64,000 nucleotides of DNA from NCBI GenBank assembly GCA_050506795.1, contig JBJHCF010000007.1:58837-122836 (forward strand). Direction: 5' to 3'. The translations under genes and the position numbers were made by a program. The notes beneath the pieces were generated by a model, which was not told the DNA's origin, did no database searches, and was given only the letters and a program-made list of their open reading frames with translations. Source of the DNA: Opitutia bacterium (lineage in GTDB: Bacteria; Verrucomicrobiota; Verrucomicrobiia; Opitutales; T3Sed10-336). This document shows, in pieces, positions 9,990-19,963 of the stretch (its first letter is position 1; each line of letters opens with the position of its first letter).

Positions 9990-12245
9990 TTACGACTTCT
10001 CCGCCGGAGCCGTCATCGCACCCGGATTCGGCTTTCTCACGCCGTCTTTGACGAAGTAATAATCCCGATAGGACTTATCGTAGTACTGAGCGTAGTAGTA
10101 GCCCCCGACCGAAATATTGAGATGATTCAATACCGCACCGAACACCGGAGTCTCGGAGGACATCAGGCGGCGGACGTTGTACTTGGCCGCACGTCTCCGA
10201 ACTTTGTTGAATTTCAAGGTAAACAACGCTCCATCAGTGTGCTGGAGAATGATCAGAGCATCACTTACCGCAGCCAAAGGAGGTGTATCGATGATGACCC
10301 TCGTATAGCGCTTGCGCAGCTCGGCAATCATGTTTTCGAAAGCCACGCTATTGATGGTTTGCGTCGGATTCTTTGCCTTACCTCCGGTGGAGAGGATGTC
10401 GAAGTTCGGATGGACGTCTTTGTGTATGATGTCGTCCAGGCTCAAGTTCTCATGACAATAGGAAATAACTCCCTTGTCATTCTTCAACTTATGAGATTTG
10501 TGAACGCTCGGCATACGAAGGTCACAGTCCACCAAAATAGTCTTCTCTCCATTGACCGCATAGGTCAGTGCCAGGTTGGAACTCACGAAGGATTTACCTT
10601 CACCCGGAATGCTACTGGTGATCATGACACACTGAGCCAGGTTGCTTTGCTTCCCTAGCTTCAGGCTCGAATGGAGAGATCGGAATGATTCGACCACATG
10701 TCGATCAGTGCCCGTGAACGCGATCTTCACTTTATCCTCGGGCTTGAGCTTCTTCACTTCAGGCATGATGCCGAGAAGCGGCAGACCGATGATCGACTCG
10801 ATATCAAACGCACTCTTCACTCGGTCATCGAGGAAGGCCACTACAAACGCCACCCCAATTCCCAAACCGAGTCCACCAAGCAAGCCAAACCCCAGATTAA
10901 GGGGGATGTTCGGCGTAACCGGACGTAGGGATGCGGACGCTTCATCCAGGGGGCGGGCCGTAACCGAGTCGATCGAACTGCTCAAGGTGGTTTCACGCAT
11001 CCGGCGCACCAGGTACTGATACAGGAACTCATCCACCTCGGTCTCCCGCGAGATTGAATCATACTCGACCCGGAGATCGCTCAGGCGCTTAATCTCATCT
11101 GTTTGTTCCGCCAGTTGGTCCTGAATATCCTCAAAGGAACGACGAGCGGCAATGTAATCCGATTCGATCTTGGCGACCGCCATCTCGACAGCCTCGTTTA
11201 AGGCCATTTCGGTCTGATTCAGCGATTCCATCAAATCCCGCATGGTCGGATGTAACTCGCGGTACCGCCCCGCCAAGCGCCGCTGCTGAATCTGCAGTTG
11301 GGTGTAATCCGACAAAAGCCCGCTGACTTGTGGCTGGTCGGCAATAAATCGTATGTTCGTGAGGGGACGCTCTTCCTCGCGGTAACGCTGAATCAATTCC
11401 CAGCGAGTCTGGGCCAGACGCAAGTCTTGACGCGCATCAACTTCGCGCATGTTCAAAGCGGTCAATTTCTGCAACGCGATATCCGCACGGCGATCCACCG
11501 ACACCGAGCCCGTTTCCGCAATGTACTGCTGGCGAACACGTTGGCTTTGCTCAAGGCGATTTCGCTGCTCATCCGCCCGAATCCTCAGTTCATCCACCGC
11601 CAGCATCGACTCATCCATCCTCACGCCAAGATTGTAGGAGATGTATTCCTGCACAAAATAGTTGGCGATCAACATGGCGACGTCCCGGTCGGGATGCCGA
11701 AAACGGATCTCCACCACAAGGTTCATCCGTCCCGGCACAATCTGCCGATTCTCGAACAACAACTGCTCCAGCCCGACAAACCGTCCCGTCGCTTCCGGTT
11801 CTTCGAACGGCTGCATGAAGCGGTTGTGCTCGGCGTCGTTCATTCGCAGCCGGCTGGCCACTCCCTTGATGAGGGTTGCGCTTTCCAGAATACGGATCTG
11901 GGTATTAAAATCCTCCTGGGAACGAATCTCCTGGGGCATGACCTGCTCAACCTGCATCACGGTGGCATCCTGCCGGAGCAGCTGAACGGTCGCCCGGGCT
12001 TCGTAGATTTCCGTGCGGGTGAGCGTGTAAATCAGCACACCGGAGAAAAACAGCAGGAAAACCACCAGAATGTACCAGAACCGCTCGCGAAAGATCAGGA
12101 GATAGTCCTTGAGACCACGCTGCGGGCTCTCGTCCTGGTGCTCGCCATAGTAGGAGGTGTTGTCGGGATAATAACCATACCCATAGCCGTAACCGGCAGT
12201 GGGCTTGTTATGTTGGTGATCTCTGGGAGTTGGATTCTCGGACAT
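9990..12245 (-). CDS. wzc: Polysaccharide co-polymerase / tyrosine autokinase (Wzc-like)
   Basis: Two TM helices flanking a coiled-coil region, ESFRSL, Walker A SIPGEGKS, LVDCDLR, IIDTPP, C-terminal Tyr cluster. Confidence 0.92.
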   Translation of the reverse strand: MSENPTPRDHQHNKPTAGYGYGYGYYPDNTSYYGEHQDESPQRGLKDYLLIFRERFWYILVVFLLFFSGVLIYTLTRTEIYEARATVQLLRQDATVMQVEQVMPQEIRSQEDFNTQIRILESATLIKGVASRLRMNDAEHNRFMQPFEEPEATGRFVGLEQLLFENRQIVPGRMNLVVEIRFRHPDRDVAMLIANYFVQEYISYNLGVRMDESMLAVDELRIRADEQRNRLEQSQRVRQQYIAETGSVSVDRRADIALQKLTALNMREVDARQDLRLAQTRWELIQRYREEERPLTNIRFIADQPQVSGLLSDYTQLQIQQRRLAGRYRELHPTMRDLMESLNQTEMALNEAVEMAVAKIESDYIAARRSFEDIQDQLAEQTDEIKRLSDLRVEYDSISRETEVDEFLYQYLVRRMRETTLSSSIDSVTARPLDEASASLRPVTPNIPLNLGFGLLGGLGLGIGVAFVVAFLDDRVKSAFDIESIIGLPLLGIMPEVKKLKPEDKVKIAFTGTDRHVVESFRSLHSSLKLGKQSNLAQCVMITSSIPGEGKSFVSSNLALTYAVNGEKTILVDCDLRMPSVHKSHKLKNDKGVISYCHENLSLDDIIHKDVHPNFDILSTGGKAKNPTQTINSVAFENMIAELRKRYTRVIIDTPPLAAVSDALIILQHTDGALFTLKFNKVRRRAAKYNVRRLMSSETPVFGAVLNHLNISVGGYYYAQYYDKSYRDYYFVKDGVRKPNPGAMTAPAEKS

Positions 12246-12256
12246 CGTGATAAACT

Positions 12257-12877
12257 TTAAAAAACTCGTTGAGGCACGTGAATCACGTCGTCGCGCTGTA
12301 GCTCCCAGACGTAACTCGTATTCCCTTGTATAATTTCTTCCGCATCAATAGTATAACGATCGCGGGTTCCGTCTGGATTCGTGCGAGTGAGAATCACTCG
12401 ACGCGTGTTGGCGCCACGCTGGAAACCGCCGGCTCCGGATATGGCATCAATCAAAGTCATGGATTCCTCCGGTGGAAAGACCACAAAACCCTCCCGGTTG
12501 ACATGACCCAGAACGCTGACACGCCGCTGAGAGTATTCCAGCACCGAAAGGTTAATCTGTGGATTAACCAGATAATCCCGGTCGTAGAGCTCCGTCAGGA
12601 GTTGCTGGGCCTCGGAAACGGTCTTGCCTTTGACCTCCACAGATCCAACCAGGGGCAGTCTAATGCTTCCCGCCTGTGAAACTCTGACCTCTCGGTTAAG
12701 GTCGTCCTCACGAAAGACCTGAAAACGCAACAGGTCTGACGGTGCGATGACGTAATCCTGCAGGTTAACCGGCGCCGACTCGGACGCGGAAACCGCCGGA
12801 AGGCTATCCTCGGCGGTTAACGACAGGCTCAAAGCCATAGTGAAGATTGATACGAAGCCAACAATACGTTTGATCAT
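12257..12877 (-). CDS. wza: Polysaccharide export protein (Wza/OPX; Poly_export + SLBB)
   Basis: Signal peptide, YVIAPSDLL..VF.EDDL, GSIRLPLVG, VSVLGHV, AISGAGGF, DVIHVP. Confidence 0.88.
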   Translation of the reverse strand: MIKRIVGFVSIFTMALSLSLTAEDSLPAVSASESAPVNLQDYVIAPSDLLRFQVFREDDLNREVRVSQAGSIRLPLVGSVEVKGKTVSEAQQLLTELYDRDYLVNPQINLSVLEYSQRRVSVLGHVNREGFVVFPPEESMTLIDAISGAGGFQRGANTRRVILTRTNPDGTRDRYTIDAEEIIQGNTSYVWELQRDDVIHVPQRVF

Positions 12878-12970
12878 GAGTACGGAACCTTGACCTAAGG
12901 TGAACGGAAATTAAATCTGCGCCGCCACCCCACGGGAGCGGGGCACCGGCGCTAACAAACACCCCAAATT

Positions 12971-14134
12971 TTAATATCTAAGGGACGCGGTCAACTGAAA
13001 AATGTTCCGATCCAAATCAACCGACTGAATATTGGAGTCGTTGTTGGTATAGATATAAGCCGCCGAGAGATCAACATACTCGTTGGGGGCATAACTCACG
13101 CCGAGATCGCCGGTAAAGGTCTTGTCGTGCCGGGCGCTGTCGCGGTAGCGCGAATCCTCGTAAAAGAGGCCGGCCGATCCGGTAACCAGGTCCGTCAGGA
13201 GATACGTTACGCGCGGTCCGCCGCCAGTGCTTTCAATGGTGTGGCCGCGAGCACTGTACCGCAGATCACGAGATCCGGTAATGCTCACATTGAGGCGCTC
13301 GGTAGCATCCCAAACGGCTTGTCCCTGAGCGGCGAAACCGCTCCGCGAATCGAGACCGCTCTGTTTGAAATTCCGCTCCTGGTAACCAAGCCGAACAGAG
13401 CCGGAAACGTTGGGCGTCACCTCGCCGCGGGCTCCGACGTTGATGAAATGATCCTGTGAATCGCGGCCGGTACCGGTGGTATTGTTGTCGCGAAAACGGT
13501 ATCCGAGGCTGAGATCAACCCGGGGCGTCCAATTGTAATAAAGGTCGAGAGGTACCGCGATCGTTTCCACATCGCGGAACTGGCGGTTCTTGAAATTGGT
13601 TTCCTGGTAGGAAATCCCAGCCCCGACATCAAAGAGCTCGGTCAGATCATACTCTCCGTTCAGCGCGACTCGGTACACGTCGCGCTCCACCACGACACCG
13701 TCCTGCGACACAAAATCAAACGCATTCTGGGTCAGGCGGCGATAGGAAGCGTCGAAATCGGCTACCAGGCGGTTGTAGGCGTAGGCCGCATTCAGGAAAA
13801 CGTTGGACCCGTTCGTGTTAAGCTCACTCGCATCGGTGTAGCGATAAATGTCCTCGCGGTAATAAGCACTGAAATTCCAGATGGCATCGGCACCGCCGTA
13901 GGTGAATTCAACGCCGGGCGAAAAAATGAACAAAATATCCGACTCTTCGTTGTTGGCGTTGAGGTAAACGTTGTCGTCGTAACGAGCCGTGACACTGCCG
14001 TTAAAGTAAAGCGATGCACGTTCGCCGATCGTAATCAACGGTGCCGCGCTGGCCGAAACTCCTACGAGGAGAGTGGCCGCCGCAGCCGCAATTGCAGTTC
14101 GGGACGGACATAGCGAGCGGGAAGTGGACTTCAT
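12971..14134 (-). CDS. Outer-membrane beta-barrel protein associated with EPS export
   Basis: Signal peptide, RYDDNVY motif, alternating aromatic strands, C-terminal beta-signal (..LTASLRY); next to wza/wzc; alternative TTG start at 14152. Confidence 0.82.
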   Translation of the reverse strand: MKSTSRSLCPSRTAIAAAAATLLVGVSASAAPLITIGERASLYFNGSVTARYDDNVYLNANNEESDILFIFSPGVEFTYGGADAIWNFSAYYREDIYRYTDASELNTNGSNVFLNAAYAYNRLVADFDASYRRLTQNAFDFVSQDGVVVERDVYRVALNGEYDLTELFDVGAGISYQETNFKNRQFRDVETIAVPLDLYYNWTPRVDLSLGYRFRDNNTTGTGRDSQDHFINVGARGEVTPNVSGSVRLGYQERNFKQSGLDSRSGFAAQGQAVWDATERLNVSITGSRDLRYSARGHTIESTGGGPRVTYLLTDLVTGSAGLFYEDSRYRDSARHDKTFTGDLGVSYAPNEYVDLSAAYIYTNNDSNIQSVDLDRNIFQLTASLRY

Positions 14135-14188
14135 GGATCTGATAGTTCTCAAAAGGTTAGATCTCTTAGCGGGTTAGGTTTGGGTCGC

Positions 14189-14228
14189 AAAAACCCGGAG
14201 GAGCCTCGTGGAACGGTACTCCTCCGGG
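14189..14228 (-). terminator. Terminator between the Ala-rich protein gene and the beta-barrel gene
   Basis: Minus strand CCCGGAGGAG...CTCCTCCGGG-TTTTT. Confidence 0.75.
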
Positions 14229-14244
14229 AATCAATCCTAAAGCC

Positions 14245-14733
14245 TCACTGGGCCGGGCTGATGATGGAAGCGTCAATCGCCACTCCGGGAGTCGGAGCGT
14301 AGGGCGCGGCCCGCGGAGGAACGCCAGGTCTACGCACCGGAGCGGTAAGTCCATCCTGAGCGCCGGCTTCGATAGCGGCCACCTGATCGGGAGCCGCTGC
14401 ACTCGCGGCGCTTATGATGCTGTCTACGGCACCGGGGTTCGCGGCCACCGCGAGACGAACGATCTCACGCACGTTGGCGGCGGATTTGTCTTCAAGACCG
14501 GCGATGGCGCTACCGGCGATCCTATCAGCCTCTTCCGGGAAAGCGGCGAGGGCCGCCTCGACGATTTCATTGGCCTGTTCGGGATTGTCCGCCACGGCCA
14601 TAGCCACGATGGACTCCAAATCGTCCGGATTGGCTTCGATTTCCGCCACTAGATCGGCAGTGTCGACCTGGGCAAATGCCACTGAACAAGCGGCAACTGC
14701 GATTAAAGTAATCAGGGACTTAAGGTAGTGCAT
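14245..14733 (-). CDS. Secreted Ala-rich helical-repeat protein, unknown function
   Basis: GGAGG RBS before ATG 14733, signal peptide (..SVAFA), repeated A-N/A-P-E/D helical units, Pro-rich tail ending ASIISPAQ. Confidence 0.8.
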   Translation of the reverse strand: MHYLKSLITLIAVAACSVAFAQVDTADLVAEIEANPDDLESIVAMAVADNPEQANEIVEAALAAFPEEADRIAGSAIAGLEDKSAANVREIVRLAVAANPGAVDSIISAASAAAPDQVAAIEAGAQDGLTAPVRRPGVPPRAAPYAPTPGVAIDASIISPAQ

Positions 14734-14910
14734 AATTTCCTCCGGTGTTTTCAGTTTAAAAGAGATTTGGCAGCATCGTAAGTTGCTTAGAGCAAAGCGC
14801 AAGGGAAAAAAATTGTGCTGATCATTTTTTTTAGCGGCTTCTTTCCTTGCCTCAACGATGGGGATCATGCTTATTTATTGCTTTGGCTGTCAACCTTTTT
14901 TCCATCCTCC

Positions 14911-16533
14911 ATGAAAAAACATTTTCGCAAGGGAAACGCCTTCCTCGGTTTCGTCAATATCGGCCGAAACAAGAACGATCAATTCGGGGTACACCCGGTG
15001 TGGGGGAGAATTTTCATGTTGCTCTGCGCCCTGGGCCTTATGGGATGGGTTTCTGTGGCGTTCGCTGGTTTCCTTTTTTTAAAACACACGCGCGACGTTG
15101 AAACCGGCCGATTTGCCGATCTCCTTCTGCTACGTTGGGATGATTTTCGTTATGCCTGGGGTGAAGACTATATCCGCATGGGTACGGAAATGATCGAGAG
15201 CGGAGAGGTGGCTGAGGGTTTTCATTACCTGCGTATCGGGCTGATTCGTTCTCCCGACAATATCGAAGGCCGCATGCTTCTCTCCAATATCTTCCTGGCC
15301 CAGAACCGTACCGATCGGGCCGCTCAACTTCTGGTGGAAGGTATGCCCTACGGTATCCACGACACCGACTACGTCACCACCACCATGCGGATACTGCTGC
15401 ATGCGGAAAAGGACCAGGAGATTCGCGATTTGGCCGAACGGTTTCTTCCGGCCGAACCGGTTCAAGAGGATCGTTACCTTATTATCGCATTCGCGGCCGC
15501 CAGAGCCGGCTTCCATCGCGGCGAATTCGACGAAGCCATCGATCTGATCAACGATTTCCAGCTTGGATCCAGCAACAGCGGTCAGATCCTGCTGGCCCGC
15601 ATCGACTGGGAACGGGGCCACCGCGAAGAGTCCCTGACACGCCTGCGGGATCTCGTTCGCCGTCGCCCGGATCACAACGAAGCTTACATTTACCTCACCC
15701 GGTACCATCACGAGTTGGGCCAGTTGGACGCGGCGGAACGTTACGCGGTGGTCCGGCAACTCAACGATCCGCTGACCGCCGCCCCCAGAGTCGATCTTCT
15801 GTACATCTACAACGAGAAAGGCGACACCGCCCGACTCAATCGGGAGATCGACACTTTGCTGCGCGATTTTCGAAATGACTCGGACGCCATCGAATACCTG
15901 GCGCAGTTCGCGCTGGACACCACGGACCCTGCCCTGGCCCAACGAGTCTTCGAACACGCCCAGCTCCGCAATCTCAACCTCTCGGTCACCGGCATCGTTT
16001 ATGTCCACACCTTGATGAAAGCCGGCCAATACGACCGGGCCACAGCCCTGGCGGAACGTCTCGGACGCGAGGTTGACGGCTTCGACGACGAGTTTGGCGC
16101 TCAGATTCTCGCGATCAACGCCATCGCCGATTACGCCCGGGGGGATCGGGCGAACGCTGAAATGCAACTGGGCCAGTTCCTCTCCCGCGGCAACCTGCGC
16201 CCTTCGAACTACATCTCCTATGCCGACAAACTCATCGAGCTCGGCCTGCACGAGCCGGCGCGGCGAATCCTCAACCAGGCGCACCGGGCCAACCCGCGCA
16301 GCCAAAGCCTCCTCAACGCCCTGATTCGGCTCGATATCCTGCGGGGCGACGACAGCGCGCTGATCGCCAACGTCCCCAAACTGATGGAAATGCGCCTGCC
16401 GTCCATTGAGGTTCTCAATGAAGCCTATCAATTCCTCAGCAGCGACCGGTTTCTTTTTACCGCCGGGCGCCATGAAATCCTGGAACGCATCGAAGACACG
16501 CTCCGCAGTCATCCCCAGATTTCACTCGGGTAG
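14911..16533 (+). CDS. Membrane-anchored TPR-repeat protein
   Basis: Single N-terminal TM (IFMLLCALGLMGWVSVAFAGFLFL), repeated TPR-like helices (SPDNIEGRMLL, RPDHNEAY, NPRSQSLL). Confidence 0.75.
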   Translation: MKKHFRKGNAFLGFVNIGRNKNDQFGVHPVWGRIFMLLCALGLMGWVSVAFAGFLFLKHTRDVETGRFADLLLLRWDDFRYAWGEDYIRMGTEMIESGEVAEGFHYLRIGLIRSPDNIEGRMLLSNIFLAQNRTDRAAQLLVEGMPYGIHDTDYVTTTMRILLHAEKDQEIRDLAERFLPAEPVQEDRYLIIAFAAARAGFHRGEFDEAIDLINDFQLGSSNSGQILLARIDWERGHREESLTRLRDLVRRRPDHNEAYIYLTRYHHELGQLDAAERYAVVRQLNDPLTAAPRVDLLYIYNEKGDTARLNREIDTLLRDFRNDSDAIEYLAQFALDTTDPALAQRVFEHAQLRNLNLSVTGIVYVHTLMKAGQYDRATALAERLGREVDGFDDEFGAQILAINAIADYARGDRANAEMQLGQFLSRGNLRPSNYISYADKLIELGLHEPARRILNQAHRANPRSQSLLNALIRLDILRGDDSALIANVPKLMEMRLPSIEVLNEAYQFLSSDRFLFTAGRHEILERIEDTLRSHPQISLG

Positions 16534-16589
16534 CCGGATGACCGCATAACACCCTGAATCCGCCATCCTTCTTCGATCTTTCGCCTGCC

Positions 16590-17039
16590 ATGAATGACTC
16601 CGAGCTCGGTCCCACCGGGGAGATCCTCCGTGACCTGCCCTCACCCTACCAGCCACATCCCTGCGGACTCCTCCACCTGCCTCGTTTCATCGCCAAGATT
16701 CGCAAGCATCTGCAGGGGGCTCTTCCCAAATCGTATCAACGAAACTTTACCAAAGGCTTCGACGGTTTCCTCTGTCTTCACCTGGGGATCGATCCCGAGG
16801 ACATGATCGAAATCGTCAGGCGCAGCGAGACTGAAGATGCGCTGGAAAGAAATCTTAGAGAATTGTTTCCCAATGACTTAAAGATCGAAGTCTGGAATCG
16901 TAAACTGGTCCAGATGGGCATGAGCCCCATGGGACGGGAGGCCTTGCGGGACGTGAAACGAAAGATGAACGCCGAACATCGCGACGACCTCATTTCCTTT
17001 GCCGACATGATCGATTTCGACGAAGGCCGCATCGACTAG
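16590..17039 (+). CDS. DUF5069-like protein
   Basis: LPSPY...GLLHLPRFIAKIR...D..LC.HLGI, C-terminal FADMIDFDEGR. Confidence 0.7.
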   Translation: MNDSELGPTGEILRDLPSPYQPHPCGLLHLPRFIAKIRKHLQGALPKSYQRNFTKGFDGFLCLHLGIDPEDMIEIVRRSETEDALERNLRELFPNDLKIEVWNRKLVQMGMSPMGREALRDVKRKMNAEHRDDLISFADMIDFDEGRID

Positions 17040-17181
17040 TACGCCCGCGCTCCGGACCTCCGTTGGGCCGGGTTGCCGGGGGGAGGAGATTTAAGGGAAA
17101 TGAACGGCGGGAAACACGGCACACACGATTCGCGCAATCCGTTTGCCTCCGGACCCGATTCATGAACCATAATCCTCCGAA

Positions 17182-18147
17182 ATGGAAAACGAAAACCAGG
17201 TTGTCCTTCTTTACTACCGGTACGTCCGGATTGAAGAACCGCACCGCTTCGCAGCGGACCACCGTCGGTTGGCTCTCAGCCTGGGGCTCACCGGACGAAT
17301 CATCGTCGCCGAGGAGGGCATCAACGGCACCGTGGCGGGATCCGTCGTGGCCGCCCGCGCCTACCGCGAAGCGCTCCGCCAGGACCCGCGGTTCGCCGAA
17401 ATGCCCTGCAAGGAAAGCGCGGGCGACGTCGACACCTTTCCCAAACTGTCGATCAAGGTTCGATCGGAAATCGTCACGTTAGGCCTTCCGCTTCCCTTCG
17501 ATCCGGCACGTGACTCCGCCCCTCACCTTCCTCCCGCCGATTGGAAGCGCCTGGCGGAATCCGATCCCGATGCCGTGCTTTTCGACGCCCGTAACGACTA
17601 TGAGTCGGCGGTCGGCCGGTTTCGGGGCGCCATCACGCCGCCGATTGGAAATTTCCGCGAGCTTCCCGAGGCGATCGACGCCTACAAACACCTCAAGGAC
17701 AAAAAGATCCTGATGTACTGCACCGGCGGCATCCGCTGCGAGAAAGCTTCCGCCCTGCTTCGTCAAAACGGCTTCCGCGAGGTCTACCAGCTCGATGGGG
17801 GCATCATGAATTATGCGCGCGAACTGGGAAACGAGGACGAATTATGGGAGGGAGATTGCTTCGTTTTCGACAACCGTCTGGTCCTGCCCATCGCCACCGC
17901 CGGAGGCCGGCCGCCCGCCGGCAGATGCGCGCACAGCGGACGGCCCACCAGCCACTACCGAAACTGCCTGCACAATCCGTGCAACCGCCTTTTCCTCGTT
18001 GAGGAGCGCTTTCTGGACGACAATCCACAGGCTCAGCTCTGTCCGCAATGCCTGCAAAGCGGCCTGACCCTGGATTCAGCGGTGAACAAGTCGCGGCGCC
18101 CCCACCTCACGCCGTTGTCGCGACAATCCCCCACCCCGGCTTCATGA
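17182..18147 (+). CDS. trhO: Rhodanese-related tRNA U34 hydroxylase TrhO (YceA family)
   Basis: LLYYRY, GRIIVAEEGINGT, DARNDYE..GRF, MYCTGGIRCEKAS, YQLDGGI, FVFDNR. Confidence 0.88.
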   Translation: MENENQVVLLYYRYVRIEEPHRFAADHRRLALSLGLTGRIIVAEEGINGTVAGSVVAARAYREALRQDPRFAEMPCKESAGDVDTFPKLSIKVRSEIVTLGLPLPFDPARDSAPHLPPADWKRLAESDPDAVLFDARNDYESAVGRFRGAITPPIGNFRELPEAIDAYKHLKDKKILMYCTGGIRCEKASALLRQNGFREVYQLDGGIMNYARELGNEDELWEGDCFVFDNRLVLPIATAGGRPPAGRCAHSGRPTSHYRNCLHNPCNRLFLVEERFLDDNPQAQLCPQCLQSGLTLDSAVNKSRRPHLTPLSRQSPTPAS

Positions 18148-18542
18148 AGACCGCCACCCCAGAGCAGAGGGAACGCCTCCGCCGGCTTCGCCTGGAGCCC
18201 GACGAATTCTCCGAGTCCTTTGTACAATCCTCCGGACGCGGCGGGCAAAACGTCAACAAGGTGGCCACCTGCGTGCAGCTCACCCATATTCCGACCGGAT
18301 TCTCCGTCAAATGCATGAGCCACCGCACCCAGGCCCAGAACCGGCAGGAAGCGCTGGAACGGCTCCTGGACAAAATCGAGAACCATCGCCGTGACGTGCA
18401 GCGCGAACGCCGGCAAGCGCAGGAAAAGCGAAAACGCGCCGCCCGCAAACGCCCGGCCGGGGTCAAGCGGCGCATCCTGGCCGACAAAAGGCGCCAATCG
18501 GAAAAGAAGGATCGGCGACGTAAAGTGGACGGCGGCGAATAG
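18144..18542 (+). CDS. arfB: Peptidyl-tRNA hydrolase / ribosome rescue factor (ArfB/YaeJ-like)
   Basis: SSGRGGQNVNKVAT, RTQAQNR, long Arg/Lys-rich tail; ATGA overlap with trhO. Confidence 0.8.
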   Translation: MKTATPEQRERLRRLRLEPDEFSESFVQSSGRGGQNVNKVATCVQLTHIPTGFSVKCMSHRTQAQNRQEALERLLDKIENHRRDVQRERRQAQEKRKRAARKRPAGVKRRILADKRRQSEKKDRRRKVDGGE

Positions 18543-18609
18543 CCCGAATTAAGACGGAATAATAGATTTGTTTCCCAACTCCAATCCCTGCAATCTCCAA
18601 TCATTTCCC

Positions 18610-19278
18610 ATGCCGCACGGAAACCACTTTATCATTGTGACCATCGACGGGGGCGCCGCCGCCGGGAAATCCTCCACCGCGGGAGCACTCAGTGAGCGCC
18701 ACCATCTCCTGCACGTCGACACCGGTTCCTTTTACCGCGCCGTCACCCTCTACCTGCTGAAACGGGGTCTCACTCCGGAGGACGAGGACAAGATCAGGGA
18801 GGCTCTGCAAAACCCCGCCATAACAACCCGGCTCCGAGGCCGGATGGCCCGTATCGCCATCGACGACGAAGTGCCTGGCGAAGAACTGCGCTCGCCGCAG
18901 GTCAACGAACAGGTATCACGTTTCGCTTCCCTGAGGGCGGTCCGGGAATTTCTCCTGGACTTCCAACGGGGGCACTCCAGTTTCGCTCGCGAAAACGGGT
19001 TCGATGGTCTGGTCATGGAGGGACGGGACATCGGCTCGGTGATTTTTCCCGAGGCTGATTTTCGCTTTTTCCTGGAAGCCGATCCCGACGCCCGCAACCA
19101 GCGGCGGGTCAAACAGGGCGAGCAGGACAGCATCGAAGAACGCGACCGTCTCGACACTCAACGGAAAACCGCCCCGCTCGTCTGTCCGGAAGGCGCCATC
19201 AGGATTGATACCACTCGTATGTCGCTGGAAGAGGTGATCGCCAAAGTGAGCGACATCATCGAAGGCGAAGCGCGATGA
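18610..19278 (+). CDS. cmk: Cytidylate kinase
   Basis: IDGGAAAGKSS, DTGSFYRA, VMEGRDIGSVIFP, ERDRLD. Confidence 0.95.
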   Translation: MPHGNHFIIVTIDGGAAAGKSSTAGALSERHHLLHVDTGSFYRAVTLYLLKRGLTPEDEDKIREALQNPAITTRLRGRMARIAIDDEVPGEELRSPQVNEQVSRFASLRAVREFLLDFQRGHSSFARENGFDGLVMEGRDIGSVIFPEADFRFFLEADPDARNQRRVKQGEQDSIEERDRLDTQRKTAPLVCPEGAIRIDTTRMSLEEVIAKVSDIIEGEAR

Positions 19279-19910
19279 ACGCGCTGTACGAAATCGGCAA
19301 ACTTCTCTCCCACTGCACGTTCGACGGGATTTACCCGGGAGACGTCGCCGGAGTGGAAAATGTGCCTCGCCGCGGACCGTTCATCCTGGCCTGCAACCAC
19401 GCGAGTTTTTTCGACCCGCCCGCGATCGGCCGCATCGTCCCGAGGGAAATCGCCTATTTCGCCCGCAAGACCTTATTCAAACCGGGCCTGATCGATCGCG
19501 TGCTGACGCGGGTCAACGCCATTCCGGTGGATCGCGACGGCGAGTCCGACATCCAGGCCATAAAAAGGGTGTTGCAGGCGCTTAAGCAGGGCCAGGGGGT
19601 CCTCTTCTTTCCGGAAGGAACCCGTTCCCCCGACGGCTCCCTGCAAGCTCCCAAGCAGGGTCTCGGGATGATCGCCTGCCGGGCGGGCGTGCCGGTGGTG
19701 CCGGCCCGGGTGTTTGGCACCTATGAAGCTTTCGGCCGGGACAGGAAAACTCCCGCCGCCGGCGGCCGGATCAGTGTCGCTTTCGCCCCGCCCCTCCGTA
19801 CGGAAACGATCGATCCCGGTCCCGGCGTCAGAAACCGGTACGAAGTGGCCTCCCGCCGCATCATGGACGCCATCGCCGCCATTCCACCGCCTCACGATCC
19901 GGGAATTTAA
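19275..19910 (+). CDS. plsC: 1-acyl-sn-glycerol-3-phosphate acyltransferase
   Basis: NHASFFD (HX4D), FARKTLF, FPEGTRS, VPVVP. Confidence 0.88.
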   Translation: MNALYEIGKLLSHCTFDGIYPGDVAGVENVPRRGPFILACNHASFFDPPAIGRIVPREIAYFARKTLFKPGLIDRVLTRVNAIPVDRDGESDIQAIKRVLQALKQGQGVLFFPEGTRSPDGSLQAPKQGLGMIACRAGVPVVPARVFGTYEAFGRDRKTPAAGGRISVAFAPPLRTETIDPGPGVRNRYEVASRRIMDAIAAIPPPHDPGI

Positions 19911-19963
19911 GGCCCGTTTTTCAGGCTCGATTCAGTTGGAATCGTCGTAAGATAATAATCCGC

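Noticed and set aside
14734-14910. ops/JUMPstart antitermination site for the EPS genes
   Set aside because: No GGCGGTAG-type motif on the minus strand
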